A stretch of 64,000 bases of DNA from Eledone cirrhosa (GCA_964016885.1 OZ024743.1:90396001-90460000), one strand, 5' to 3'; positions 42,151 through 54,419 are shown, counted from the stretch's first letter. The notes: generated by a model from the letters alone, not told the origin. Numbers and translations are program-made.

Positions 42151-42509
42151 CTGGAAGAAAAATCAAAGTTTAATGTACAATGAATTTATTGAAATATGGT
42201 CATGATGGCGACACGGCAAAAAGCACCCATCCCACACTGTAACGTGGTCGTATAGGTGTCACAACAAAATGCATCCAGTCCACAATGTAAAATGATCGTT
42301 TAGACGTCATGACAAAAAGTACCCAGTACTCACAGCAAATAAAGTTAGCATTAGGAAGGCCATCCAACTGTAGAAACCAAACCAAAATCAGTTCTGTATA
42401 AGCAAAATATGGTCATCTGACCTGGCGTTGCCCACAACAGGACAACTCGTCTAACCCATGCTAGCATGGAAGAATGGACGTTAAATGATGATGATGATGT
42501 ACAATGTAA

Positions 42510-42860
42510 GTAGGAATGAAAGGCAGAGCTTGGACAAGTTGAGGGAGAGGCTGGGTTTAAGAGGAATCTAAGGTGGTGAGCAGGAGAGAAGGCTGCATTA
42601 GTATGGACATGTGATGCACATGAACAATGATCGCTGGGTGAAGAAGTGCCAGGAAATCCCAGTGGAAGGAAGCTGCAGTAGAGGATGACCAAGAAAGACC
42701 TGGACACAGGTTATGAGAGCTGACCTCAGACATCTAAGACTCACCGAGGAGATGACAAAGGAACGCAATGAGTGGAGAGATGCTGTGCTGAGAAGGACCT
42801 GTCTAACCCATGCAAGCATGGAAAAACGAACGTAAAAACGAACGTAAAAACGATGATGAT
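42510..42860 (+). mobile_element. RTE LINE 3' fragment
   Basis: Homologous to 38200-38525 (YGHVM..., KKCQEIPVEG), (GAT)n tail. Confidence 0.85.
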
Positions 42861-42888
42861 GTACAGATTGTATTATAGTTCAGTGTTA

Positions 42889-43280
42889 GGGCAGTGGATT
42901 GGCAGTGTCAGGGCATCGGACAACATGCTTCACCTTTTGACTCCAAGCCACCAAAGTTAGCTTTGCCTTTCATCCTTACAAGGGTCGATAAAACAAAGTA
43001 CCAGTAACACACTGGGTCAATTTAATCGATTTACCTCTTCCTTTCAAATTACAGGGCCTTGTGGCAAAAGTAGAACAATTATAATTCAGTCCTATGGCAG
43101 TGGATTGGCATAATAGAGTGCTGAACAAAATGCTTTGTGGCATTTAGTTATGGACCTTTTCAATCTGAGTTCAAATACTACCCAGGTCAACTTTGCTTTT
43201 CATCTTTATGGATCGATAAAATAAAGTACCAGTTAAAAATTTCCTTTCTTCCTAAAATTGCTGGCCTAAATTAGAAACCA
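42889..43280 (+). mobile_element. Two older tandem Deu/Nin-type SINE copies
   Basis: GGCAGTGGATTGGCA heads and TTTGCCTTTCATC...TCGATAAAA..AAGTACCAG cores. Confidence 0.8.
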
Positions 43281-43764
43281 AGTCAGTACTCATGTGGAGC
43301 CACTGACTTTTTGGATGGGCAAGGAGCCTGCATCATGCTTACATACTTTCTAGCATTCTACTGGGAGTGTAGCTCTTCCATCATACAATTGGCAAGAGTT
43401 ATTGGTAAGGTCACAGATTGTGAAAAAAGGACTTTGAAGCTTTATTAATTTCTTAATAATATATATTTTATTTTAATGAAACTTTGTGAAGACACTTTAT
43501 CAAAGATATATATTACGATTATCTTGATTAAAAGAAAATATTATTCGGGGGGGGGGGGGGGGGTATTTTCCCCCGCAATTTATAGCTGTAGAAACGATAT
43601 AGCGTCCATGTAGAAATTTTACATGACATTATCCTAGTTGATATTCATTGTCAACATGAAATTGGAAGGCATTATGAAAAAACTTCAAGTTTATGTTTAG
43701 CCTCTTACAAACGCAAATCGAAAGTACGACAATGAAAGCATTAACAAACAGAACTAAATACAAT

Positions 43765-43925
43765 AGTGGTTTCTGATTTAAGCATAAGGCCAGCAATTTT
43801 GGTGGGGAAGCGAATGTCGATTAAATCGACCCAGTGCGTGACTGGTACTCTATCGACCCCGTAAGGATGAAAGGCAAAGCTAACCTCGGCGGGATTTGAA
43901 CTCAGAATGTAAAGGGCCGTAACTA
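43765..43925 (-). mobile_element. Deu/Nin-type SINE copy
   Basis: TCGACCCCGTAAGGATGAAAGGCAAAG..AACCTCGGCGGGATTTGAACTCAG. Confidence 0.85.
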
Positions 43926-45921
43926 TATACAATAATGAAAGCATTTAAAAAATTAACTCTACATTGTGGAAAACGTATCGCCGCAAAATTTCATTTAAAA
44001 TATGCATTAAGAAGAAAGTTATGAGGAAACAAAGTAGGGCAATAAACTGTAGTTATGCCGAATATTATTCTGTCTAAGAAATAAAAACAGAAAATTTCTT
44101 GATAAATCAACGAGGAACTGTGTGCTGGTGTTTAATTTTATTTTCTACAGCAGACGAAATCACCAACATTATCACCAACAATAAACTCATTAGAAGAACA
44201 GTCGTTCAAGCGAATAAAAATAGCAACCAAATCACCCTCAACACATATCACTTTAAAAAAGGGGAAGGTCACATTAAATAATGTAGTCCTAGATTTTCTG
44301 GGGAATGCTAAAACATTCACAGCATTGACAGAGATGATAGCGAGCCTAAGGCGCTGAAATAGTCAAGCACCCTTGCAGGCATTACTTAATACTTTAAGCC
44401 GTCAACAATGACAAGAAAGATCTCCTCAGAAAATCTTGAATGTCACAAGCTGAAAAGAAAATATAGTGTTGTGAATGTCTTGGCTTGCTTCAAAATATTT
44501 TAGAGGGCGACACGAACATCCCCTGTTGTAGTATATATCTAAATATGCACGTCTTCTCTCGTACTCTTTTATGATAATTTCTGACTATTATTTTAGTGAT
44601 TTGTTCCTTTTACATATCATAACCACACCTATGCTGCTTTTATTGATTTCTTTCTTTTGTAAATCATATTCAGAATAAAATGGTCTATTTTATTTTACTG
44701 GTAAATTTTCATTATTAGATCCACTCTGGAGATGGATGGAACAGTAAACAAACTTTATAATTTTAAAGGTAGTTAGTTGATAGATTTGGTAAGAATTTTG
44801 AGAGTAAATTTTGTTTATCCTATGATAGTTTTGAACGAATATAGCCTTCAAAACTGCCGTAAATCATTCGTTTTCTGTGGTTCTTCTCCCACCAAACAAC
44901 TTCATAACACCTGTCTCAAAGACGAGTGTGTAATTAAATAATATACATTTGCCTTTGGGGAGGGGGTTACTTAAGTCATTTATTCATCTAGTTACTCATT
45001 ATTTCGTCGATCATCTTTATATGATTGAAAATATTCTGGGGTTCCGAAAGATAAGGTGTCTTAATAAAATCTAATAAAAATACTTTTTTTTGTTATTTCT
45101 ATATAAAAGTATTTCATTGCGATTCAGTTAGTACAACATTTTCTTTAAGATTTGTTAACTGGCTTCTTCGTGGTTTATATAGTATTCTAAGAATTCAGAA
45201 ACCTCGGCAAGAGAAAATTAACTTGCTCAAAGGTTCAATTGTATGAAATAATAGTAGGTATGCCTTCAATTATTAAGTGATTCATCTGCTATGAATGGAA
45301 TGTATGTAACCCAAATACGCGTTGTTAAAGACAACTCCTTTGGATTACACTTATTATATGGAATAACACATAATAAATCACAGCTGTATATCTGTTAGTA
45401 TATATGTGAAAACATCTACGTATGTCTTGGATGGCTTCAAAATTGCTTAAGAAGGGAAACACCAGCATTACATGTTGTAGTGTATATGTCGTATGGCTTC
45501 TCTGATTCATTTCTATTGATTTGTTATTGTAAATCATATTTATTTGTTCCTTTTGTAAAACAGAAACATTATTTAATTGAAACAAAAGAAACGGTATATA
45601 TATATATATATAAGTGGTAACACAATTGTTCTCGGTATGGTGAACTAACTGTATTACCACTTCTACCTAACTCGTCCCATGGACTGAGTGCTCTACCACT
45701 ACGGATATTACCTTCCAGTGTTTTAACTTTCTCTCATATATATATATATATATATATAATAGAATAATCGAGTATCGGAAAATCAGCTCACGAATTAACG
45801 ATAAACAATATCCGATATGAGTGACAATGTGCTAAACAAAATTATATTAATTTAGAAAGTTAGAATATATATTTAAGTATATGTGTGTATGTATTCTCAA
45901 TACAGTATTGATAATACTCAC

Positions 45922-45925
45922 CCAT
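45922..45925 (-). CDS. M6: Candidate M6 start exon (ATG+G) within a 15-nt micro-exon 45922-45936
   Basis: atttcttacag|CTCGTCTAAATATGG|gtgagt; the phase-1 donor joins exon 2 to give MGYSSKL, like the Met+G first coding exon of vertebrate PLP1. Confidence 0.65.
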
Positions 45926-46840
45926 ATTTAGACGAGCTGTAAGAAATATACAGGTAAAAATATATATTTAGTTTCACAGCAACATTTAAAATGCGGAATG
46001 TTTGTTTTTTTTATGATGTCCGACACTGAGAATGGGGAAGTGACGACACCTGTTGTCACAGGTGGGAGTTAATTAAAGCAAAGGTGAGAGAAACATGAAT
46101 ACAGTAGTGGGAGGGACACTATATAGAAGTTAGAGAAATATATATTTAAATAATAGGAGTAGCTTTAAATGTGACGCAGAGCGAAAAGAAATATAGGAAA
46201 AAAGTATAATAAAACGAAAATATATATATAGGACATTACTATTTCGATAGGAAAGCAGGAAAAGAAGAAACGCAAACTTCAGAAATAAGAGGCTCATTAA
46301 AGCCAAAACTTCGAAGTCACTGCCTCGTTTTTCTTTGAAAAATAAAATCTATATATCTATATATATATTAGAAAGTGAGGTTTTTTTTACAAAATGAAAA
46401 ATAACCGAGGTGTCCTACACGAGTGAAAGTATAAAGAAAAAAAGATGAAATCGAAAATGCAACTGGAGTCTTATTTTTAAAAATATATATATATTTATTT
46501 GGGCATACGTTAAGTTTAACGTTCGAGAAAATGAAAGTAAATTTTCTGACAAGTGAATGTGTTTGTTTTTTTTTTTTACAATGAAAGTTACGATACACTG
46601 TTTTTTTATTTACAACAGGTTTCTATAGTGATATGGTGTTAATTAGTATTGCGTGCGTGATTATTTTTTCTTTTTCTTTTTTTGTGTATTGTGTGTACGG
46701 AAAATGACATTGTGTGTTGAAAGAAATAAATTTTTTTTAAATAACTACATAGTTAGACGTTTGTTGCATAGAACATATAAATTGACGTACTTTATCAACA
46801 TCCTTATTCTGGACGCTGCTGCCTCATCTTAACGTATGCC

Positions 46841-46977
46841 ATTTATTTGGTTCCTTTACCGGTTTCGCAGTTCTTCTGCTTTTCAAAAGTAGAGTTGAGA
46901 TGGAGAGTCTGTGGTTTTTCAACTCTACTTTTGAAAAGCAGAAGAACTGCGAAACCGGTAAAGGAACCAAATAAATA
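46841..46977. repeat. Perfect inverted repeat (~58-bp arms, ~20-nt loop); each arm carries a variant hammerhead-like motif
   Basis: ATTTATTTGGTTCC...AAAAGTAGAGTTGA / TCAACTCTACTTTT...GGAACCAAATAAAT; TTGAAAA-GCAG-AAGAA-CTGC-GAAACCGGTA. Confidence 0.9.
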
Positions 46978-47026
46978 TATATATATTTTTTTTAAATAAG
47001 ACTCCAGTTGCATTTTCGATTTCATC

Positions 47027-47059
<33 letters not shown>

Positions 47060-47369
47060 AGCAAGGAAGGGAAAAGAAATCGATCCGACAAGATCTCAGA
47101 CCTCATTAATTTACCGAGTGGGGTAGAACTCGTCAAATCGGTCCAAAGTAACAATGTTTTCAATTCCTGGTAAAAAGAGCAGTGTGAAATAAAGTGTTTT
47201 TTCTCCCAGTCCGGGATTCGAACTCGCAACTTCACGATTGTGTATTCAATACTCTAACCACATAGCAAAGAACCTCCACATGCTAGCAAGGAAAGTCGAC
47301 GTTAAATGCTGATAATGATGAGGATTATGATGATGATATACGTATGTATACACACACACATACATAATC

Positions 47370-48890
47370 ATCATCGTTTTTACGTCCGTTTTTCTACCAA
47401 GCTCGCATTGGTTGAACGAGTCTTTTTCAGTACAGTGTCTTTCCACTCGCCGTGTTCTTTCATCATCTCTTCTGTGAGTCTCAGCGATTTGAGATCAGCT
47501 TTCACCACCACTGACCAGGTCTTTCTTGGTCTACTTCAACTGCGGCTTCCATCCCTGCTGTCCTTTCCTGGCACTTCAAGTGATCATCATCCATCACATG
47601 TCCATACCAACACAGTCTTCTCACTTGCACACCACTTTTGATTCCTCTTAGACCCAGTTTCTCCCTCAGTTCATCTAAATTCTGCCTTTCTCTTACATAT
47701 TCATTGCACATCCACTGAAGCATGGTTGTTTCATTTTTCTCCAACCAATGCATGTCCTCTGCAGTCATTGCCCATGTTTCACTACCATGCAGCATTGCAC
47801 TTTGCACACAGGTGTGATAAAGTTGTCCTTTTGCACATAGAGAGAAACCTTTTGTTGTCAACAATAGGAGTAGCTCTCTAAATTTCTTCTATCCTATCCT
47901 TATTCTAGCTATTATGCTCTTGGAGCATAGTAGGAATCAGAGTCCTATCCTCTTTCTTACTTACTAGCACTTTACTTTTGGCTAAGTTTACTCTCAGACC
48001 TTTTGATTCCAAATTCTGTTTCTATAGTCAGAACTTATTCTCCAGTTCTTTTATGGATTCAGCTATAAGGACCAGATCATCCACATAAAGAAGTTCCCAT
48101 TAAGAGCCAGTTTTAAATTCCTCTGTTGTGGCCTGGAGAACTATGATGAACATCAGTGGGCTTTGAATCCAACCCTGATGAACTCCTATCTGTATCTTGA
48201 ATTTCTCGCTAAACTCACTTCCTCACTTTACTCACAAGCTATTCTTCTACAACTAATTTTCTTAACCTTCAACACGCTGTCGACAACAAATTGCAATGAG
48301 AGTAATCTCCCCTTAATGCATAATGCAGTGTCAAGGGAAGCAATTCATAAAAAATTCAAAGATCGAGGTACTCTGTCAAAGACCTTTTCTAGAGCTACAA
48401 AAGCTAAATACAGCAGCTTATTCTTGGCAAGGGATTTCTCTTGGAGATGTTTCAGAGGGCATCTGTAGTACTTTGCCTAGACATGAAACCTAACTGCATC
48501 TCATCTAATTTGACTTTTTCCCTAATTAGTTGTGTGATAACTCTTTCAGTCACTTTCATAACTTGGTCCATTAGATTTATTCTTCTGCAGTTGCTCCTTT
48601 CTAGAGCATCACCTTTACCCTTGTAGCAATTTATGATTGTACTGCTGTGCTAGTCATTGGGGGTAAGACTCCATCCTCTATTACCTGATTGACTATACGG
48701 GTTACTTGTTCAACTCCTACTCCTCCCGATGCTTTTAGCATCTCGACAACTATCTCTGATAATCCCGCAGCTTTACTATTCTTCATCTTCTTGATTGCTT
48801 CTTTGACTCTATAAGTGTCAATTTCAATACCTAGTCATTCTGTTGTGTAAGTTGGAGGTATTCTATCCTCCTTCCATTCATTTCCTGTGT
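47370..48890 (-). mobile_element. Decayed RTE LINE, same family as 36680-38525
   Basis: SAMLHGSETW, LCWYGHVM and degenerate RT motifs; many stops and deletions; (CAT)n tail. Confidence 0.9.
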
Positions 48891-49020
48891 GCACTATATA
48901 CTTGTATGCCCTAAACAAATGACTAAAATGGTTGATGTCAGGAAGAGCATCTGGCTATGAAAAATTGCCCAAAGAAGCCTCATCCAACCCATGCCAGCAT
49001 GGAAAGGTCGACAATGATGA

Positions 49021-49160
49021 TATATATATATATTATTAGTACAGATTAAACGTTTAAGCAATGAATTTTTGCTTTCACCCTAAGCAGAATCATTGATGCC
49101 ATTTAGGGTAAAAGCAAAAATTCTTTTCTTAAACTTTTAATCTGTACTAATAATATATAT
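49021..49160. repeat. Imperfect inverted repeat (~60-bp arms)
   Basis: TATTATTAGTACAGATTAAA...AATTTTTGCTTTCACCCTAA / TTAGGGTAAAAGCAAAAATT...TTTAATCTGTACTAATAATA. Confidence 0.85.
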
Positions 49161-51018
49161 TTGCTCTATGGATTTATATATACTTATATATATACAACCT
49201 TTATCGAGTTTTCTTGGGATTTTGGTCTTTGCATTTATTATTACTATGTATATATATGTGTGTGTGTGTGTGTAAAATGAGAAGAATGATAGCAGGAAAA
49301 GTAAAACTAGCAGCAACAGCAGCAGTAACATCATGAACAACAATAACAAAGATATGTAAACAGCAAAAGAAATGTCAACTGGAAGTTAAATTTTGGATGG
49401 AAGCAGTCAGTAAATGTTTGTTGGGGTTTTGTGAGGGTTTTTTTTTTTACCAATATATCAGCTGAAAGAATTTCTGTTAGAACACTTTTCATTGAGGAAT
49501 TTTCTCAACTCAACTGCCTCATTATTCAATTGTTTTTTGTTTTGTTTTGTTTTTGTTCACTGAAGACCTGTCTATCTGCCACATTTACACGCCATTCAAC
49601 TCTTTATTCTCTCGTTAAAACTCATTCTAAATCATTTCTGATATTTTACCATTTCTTGAATTATAGAGAATCGTTATGAGAAAGTATTACAAGTGAAAAT
49701 TAATTTTGCCAATGTTTTACTCACTCTCGTGTCATGCCAGTAGGTTCTTGAAGAACAGATGTTACAACAATACACTACTAGAAATACCTAACTCTGCTGG
49801 TGATGTAGATAACACCTACACCATTATGGCAGGTAAAAATTATGGTATCAACATACCTCTGCATTACATAGCTTGACTAAAATTATGAAAAGAGCAAGTT
49901 TTTAGGAAAGCATGAAAAACAGATAGTTGAGGAAACAACAGAGGCAGGGGAAAGGGGAAAAACTGATGAAGCTGAAGAATAATGAAAACCTATTTACTTT
50001 TATTTGAGTATCAATATCTTGTATGTCTTAGTGTGGACTGTTGTTGAGTATAGATGCAAGCTAGCAAAATCAGCATCTTCATGTTGATGATGATGATCAT
50101 TATTATCATCACTATCATCATCATCATTTTTAATGTCAACTTTTCCATCCTGGCATGGGTTGGATGGAACTTTTTGGGGCAATGTTTTACAACCAGATGC
50201 CCTTTTTGACACCAGCCCTTTTAATCACTTTTTATGACACGCCTTGGACCAAACAAAGACTTGTGTGTGAAGTTGCTTTGAACGAAACTATGTGGAAGTT
50301 TGGCATATGACTGGATGTGTTTTATCATGTCGCCAACACTAGAGAGGTTGTCCTGTCCTTGACACAACTAAACTGGACTCTCATCACTTTGTTGGCATAG
50401 ATATACAGCTGGATGCACTTCATATCACCAATCACTTCACAGGGTGTACTGGGGGCATTTTTTATTACACCAGAACTAGAAGGGTTGTCATGTCATGATT
50501 GAAGTGTTCCCTCAACCTATTTTAGCATGATTTTTACAGCTGTAGACCCTTCCTAACACTAACTCCTTTAAAGGAGGTTGTCAGTCATTGATTTGCTTAA
50601 AGAGCTCTCTCTATCTTATGAGGAGAGAGGGATATGATTAAAAGGAGGTAAAAAGGATGTAATTATCTCATGGGTAAGTGACAGTAGGTAGGAGAGGGGA
50701 TGACATAATGTCATGGGTGTATGGCAAGTAGGGGTGGGTGAGGAGTATGTCATGGGATAGGACCAGTGTGGTGGAATTTGGCAAGATGATGAGTGGCAGA
50801 GTGGAGTCACTATGATGATGAGAACAGCTACTAGGAAGTTATGAATGGTATTAGAATATAAGAGAGATGGGGTAATCCTTAATAGAGTGGGGCTGTTGTG
50901 GTGGGCTGTACAGTGTTGATGGAGGAGAGAAAGTGAGGAGTGGACAGTGTTGATATATATATAGTGGTAGAACACTGGAAGGTAATATCCATAGTGGTAG
51001 AGCACTCAGTCCATGGGA

Positions 51019-51056
51019 CGAGCTGAGGATCCGCTAAGGTGAAACAATTGTTCTCG
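51019..51056 (+). ncRNA. Minimal type I hammerhead-ribozyme-like motif
   Basis: CGAG-CTGAGGA-TCC-GCTAA-GGT-GAAAC-AATT-GTT-CTCG: stem I CGAG/CTCG, palindromic stem III ACAATTGT, one mismatch at the base of stem II. Confidence 0.55.
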
Positions 51057-51134
51057 GTATGGTGAACTAACTGGTGTCTATATATATATATGTGTGTGTG
51101 TGTGTATATGTATATACACACACACACACACATA

Positions 51135-51480
51135 GAGGCTAGAAAAAAATGAGCCGAGTATGTTCCGATGAATGTACAATGTTAGTGTGTAAGAGCAACA
51201 TAGCATAAGCAAATTGAGGGAAAAATTTGGCATAAGAGGAATTGGTTGTAGTGTGCAAGAGAGAAGACTGCATTGGTATGGCCATGTGATGCACATGGTA
51301 GATAGCAGCTGCAAAAAGAAATGCAGAGAAATCCCAGTGGCTAGGACCCATGGAAGAGGCAGACCTAGGAAGACATGAGATTAGGTTGTAAGGACTGACT
51401 TTAGAAAGCTAAACATTACAACAAAAATGACTAAAGACCACGAAGGCTGGCACTATCCAGTGCTGAAGAAGACCCTACCT
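51135..51480 (+). mobile_element. RTE LINE 3' fragment
   Basis: LEKNE..., LHWYGHVM and GRGRPRKT remnants. Confidence 0.8.
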
Positions 51481-52189
51481 GCAGGTTACAATGTGACCTG
51501 ACCTACCCTCACCCTTCCACTAACACTCCCTAACAGTTATTCTCAATTTCACTACTTCAAACACCCCACACACACACAAACAGACATTCCTGGCAACCCC
51601 CCCTTTCTGTGAAGTGGTTGTTGATAGGAAGGGCTTCCAGCCATGGAAAGCTTGCCAAGCAAACAAACAAAAGGTCGGAAGGACTCTTCAGTTGTGTCAT
51701 GGATATGACAGCCCCCCTAGTATTTGGTGATCTACATGATAAATGGTCTCAGTACACACTGTAAAGCAGTTGGTGATAGGAAGGGTATCCGGCCATAGAA
51801 AACTTGCCAGTCAAAGGGTCGGGAGGACCTTCCAGTCATGTCAAAGGCATGAGAACCTCCTTAGTGTTGGTGATTTACACAATAAACACACCCAGTACAT
51901 GCTATAAAGTGGTTGGTGATAGGAAGGGCATCCAGCTGCAGAAATCTTGCCAAACAAAGGGTTGGGAGGACCCTCAGTTGTGTCAAAGACATGACAACCT
52001 CTCCTGAGCACTCAATGGAATGTGAGACTATACATAAGCACACAGGTTCCTGGCTTGCCTGGGAGATCAGTGGCTCTGCTTCCATACTGACTTGGTCTAT
52101 ATAGACCACTCCAACTCATGTTAGCAGGGAAAATAGATGTTAAAATGACAATGATGATGATATGTATATATATATATATATATATATAT

Positions 52190-52406
52190 CATCATTCATC
52201 ATTTCATTTTACGTCCGCTTTTCCCTGCTTGCAAGGGTGGGACGGGAACTGATTCTGTCTTGATTTCTACAGCTGGATGCCTTTCCTAACAGCAACCTCA
52301 TTTACAGTGAGTGCTGGGTGCTTTTTTGCCGTGGCACCTCCATGACCACTTTGCAGTGGAATGATATGGACCCCAGTCCCTATCATCTCATTTCTACAGC
52401 TGAGTA
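52190..52406 (-). mobile_element. 5'-truncated SINE copy, inverted partner of 52589-52925
   Basis: Near-identical reverse complement of 52713-52925. Confidence 0.88.
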
Positions 52407-52588
52407 TATATATACATAGGTTGAGTCAGTGACTTGTTTCTCTGAAGTTTTATCTGTATTCACAGTTATCATGAAATACTACTAATTGGCATTCTTACAC
52501 AGTTACTGAAGTAGCTGTGACATGGATCATAGCTTAGAATACCCACAGTGAGACTTATGTATGTTTATTATACATGAACATATTGTAT

Positions 52589-52925
52589 GGAGGCACATGG
52601 CTTAGTGGTTAGAGCATTGGGCTTGCAATCGAAAGGTTGTGAGTTCAATTCTCAGACCGGGTGATGTGTTGTTTCCTTGAGCAAGACACTTTATTTCACA
52701 TTGCTCCAGTTTACTCAGCTGTAGAAATGAGATGATAGGACTGGGGTCCCTATCATTCCACTGCAAAGTGGTCGTGTAGGTGCCACGGAAAAAAAGCACC
52801 CAGCACTCACTGTAAATGAGGTTGGTGTTAGGAAGGGCATCCAGCTGTAGAAATCAAGCCAGAATCAGTTCCCGTCCCACCCTTGCAAGCAGGGAAAAGC
52901 GGACGTAAAAATGAAATGAATGAAA
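52589..52925 (+). mobile_element. Full-length tRNA-SINE with V/Meta-like core and RTE-like tail
   Basis: A-box TGGCTTAGTGG, B-box GAGTTCAATTC, core TCCTTGAGCAAGACACTT; tail CCCACCCTTGCAAGCAGGGAAAAGCGGACGTA matches the RTE 3' end at 38480-38512. Confidence 0.88.
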
Positions 52926-53211
52926 TGTCATATATTCCACTGTTATATATTAAAAAAAGTTAATATCTGTCCCAAGCCCAAGAGACTCACCAGGCCATTG
53001 CTTATCCTCGTTTCCAATCATAGGGTTAAGCCCCAGCAGCTGCTAGTACTCGTTTTCAGCTGAGTGTACTAGAGCAACATGAAATGAAGTGTTTTGCTCA
53101 AGAATGCAATGTGTAACCCAATCCAGGAAAAAACTTACGACATTGTGATTGTAAGTCCAACACTCTAACCACTAGGCCACATGTCTTCCTATTATTTATT
53201 ACATATTCAAG

Positions 53212-53385
53212 AGCAGTGGATTGGCAAAATCGGTAGGGCATTGGACAATATGCTTTGCGGCATAGAGTTACGGCCCTTTGCGTTCTGAGTTCAAATCCAG
53301 CCCAGGTCGATAAATAAAGCACCAGTAATGCACTGGGGTCAATTTAATTGACTTTCCCCTTCCCTTCTGAATCAGAAACCATTAT
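53212..53385 (+). mobile_element. Deu/Nin-type SINE copy with internal deletion
   Basis: GCAGTGGATTGGCA head, GAGTTCAAATCC, GGTCGATAAATAAAGCACCAG. Confidence 0.8.
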
Positions 53386-54419
53386 TTATTACATATACAC
53401 AATAAAGTCATCATCATTTAACGTGTTTTTCCATATTTGCATGGGTTAGACAGGTTTTTTCCAGCAGAGTCTCCCTTCCTCATCTCCTCTGTGAAGTTCA
53501 GGGATTTGGGATCAGTTCGAGGAATATGCATCCTGCTTACGTATGGTCATACCGAGTGCAGAGGAGAAGTTGTCATGTCTTTTGACACAGACTGAAGGGG
53601 CTTTCTATGGCTGGATGCCCTTCCTATCACCAACCACTTTACAGCATGTACTGGGTGTATTTATTGTGTAAATTACCAACACTAAAGAGGTTGTGTCTTT
53701 AACACAACCCTTTTAAGCATGGTTTCTACAATGGGGTGCCCTTCCTGTCACCTATCACCTTTACAGAGTGTACCAGGTGCATTTTCATGGCACCATTACT
53801 AGAGAGGTGTTGATCATAGACCCAACTGTAGAGCCCTCTCAGCTCTGGGGAGGGAGGCAATAGGGTAGGGAGATAAGTATGAAGTTATAGGTGTTTATGG
53901 AGATCTTACAAGGCAAATAGTAAAGAGTAGGGGTGGCTGATTAGTGTACAGGGATGTAGTGGTGTGAGAGATGTGGTCAATATGGTAGGGGTGAGGAGAG
54001 TGGTGAAGAGAAAGGTAGGGGGTAAAGGATGAGTAATAGGTAGGGGTAACTGGTTTGGGTATGGGGAGAGATGTACTGGTGTGGGGGATGTGGTCAATAC
54101 AGAGAAGGGGTTGTGGTTGAGAGATAGGTAAGAGGGTAAGGGGGTGGGGGGTAGTGAGTGGAACAAAGGGTAGACAGAGTAGCTACTAGGGTGCTATCAT
54201 GAGGATATCTAAGATCTTTAGAGGGAAATAATAGTTAAGGAGTGACCTTAAGAAACTAAGCCTCACAATTGAGATGACAAAAGATCGTGAGGGCTGGCAC
54301 TATGCTGTGATGATGAAGACACAGCCAGAAGCACAAATATGATCTGACCCCCCGCCCCTCCCTCACACTAGCAGTCCCCACCATCTATCCTCATTACTAT
54401 TGCACCCATCACTCATACC

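Noticed and set aside
52589-52665. tRNA genes (also 47200-47265 and the SINE heads)
   Set aside because: A/B boxes are present but there is no complete cloverleaf; most continue into SINE cores, so they are tRNA-derived SINE heads
50616-54240. Pro/Thr/His/Leu-rich minus-strand ORFs at 50616-51005 and 53906-54166
   Set aside because: Translations of purine-rich low-complexity tracts next to repeats; no domain or splice evidence
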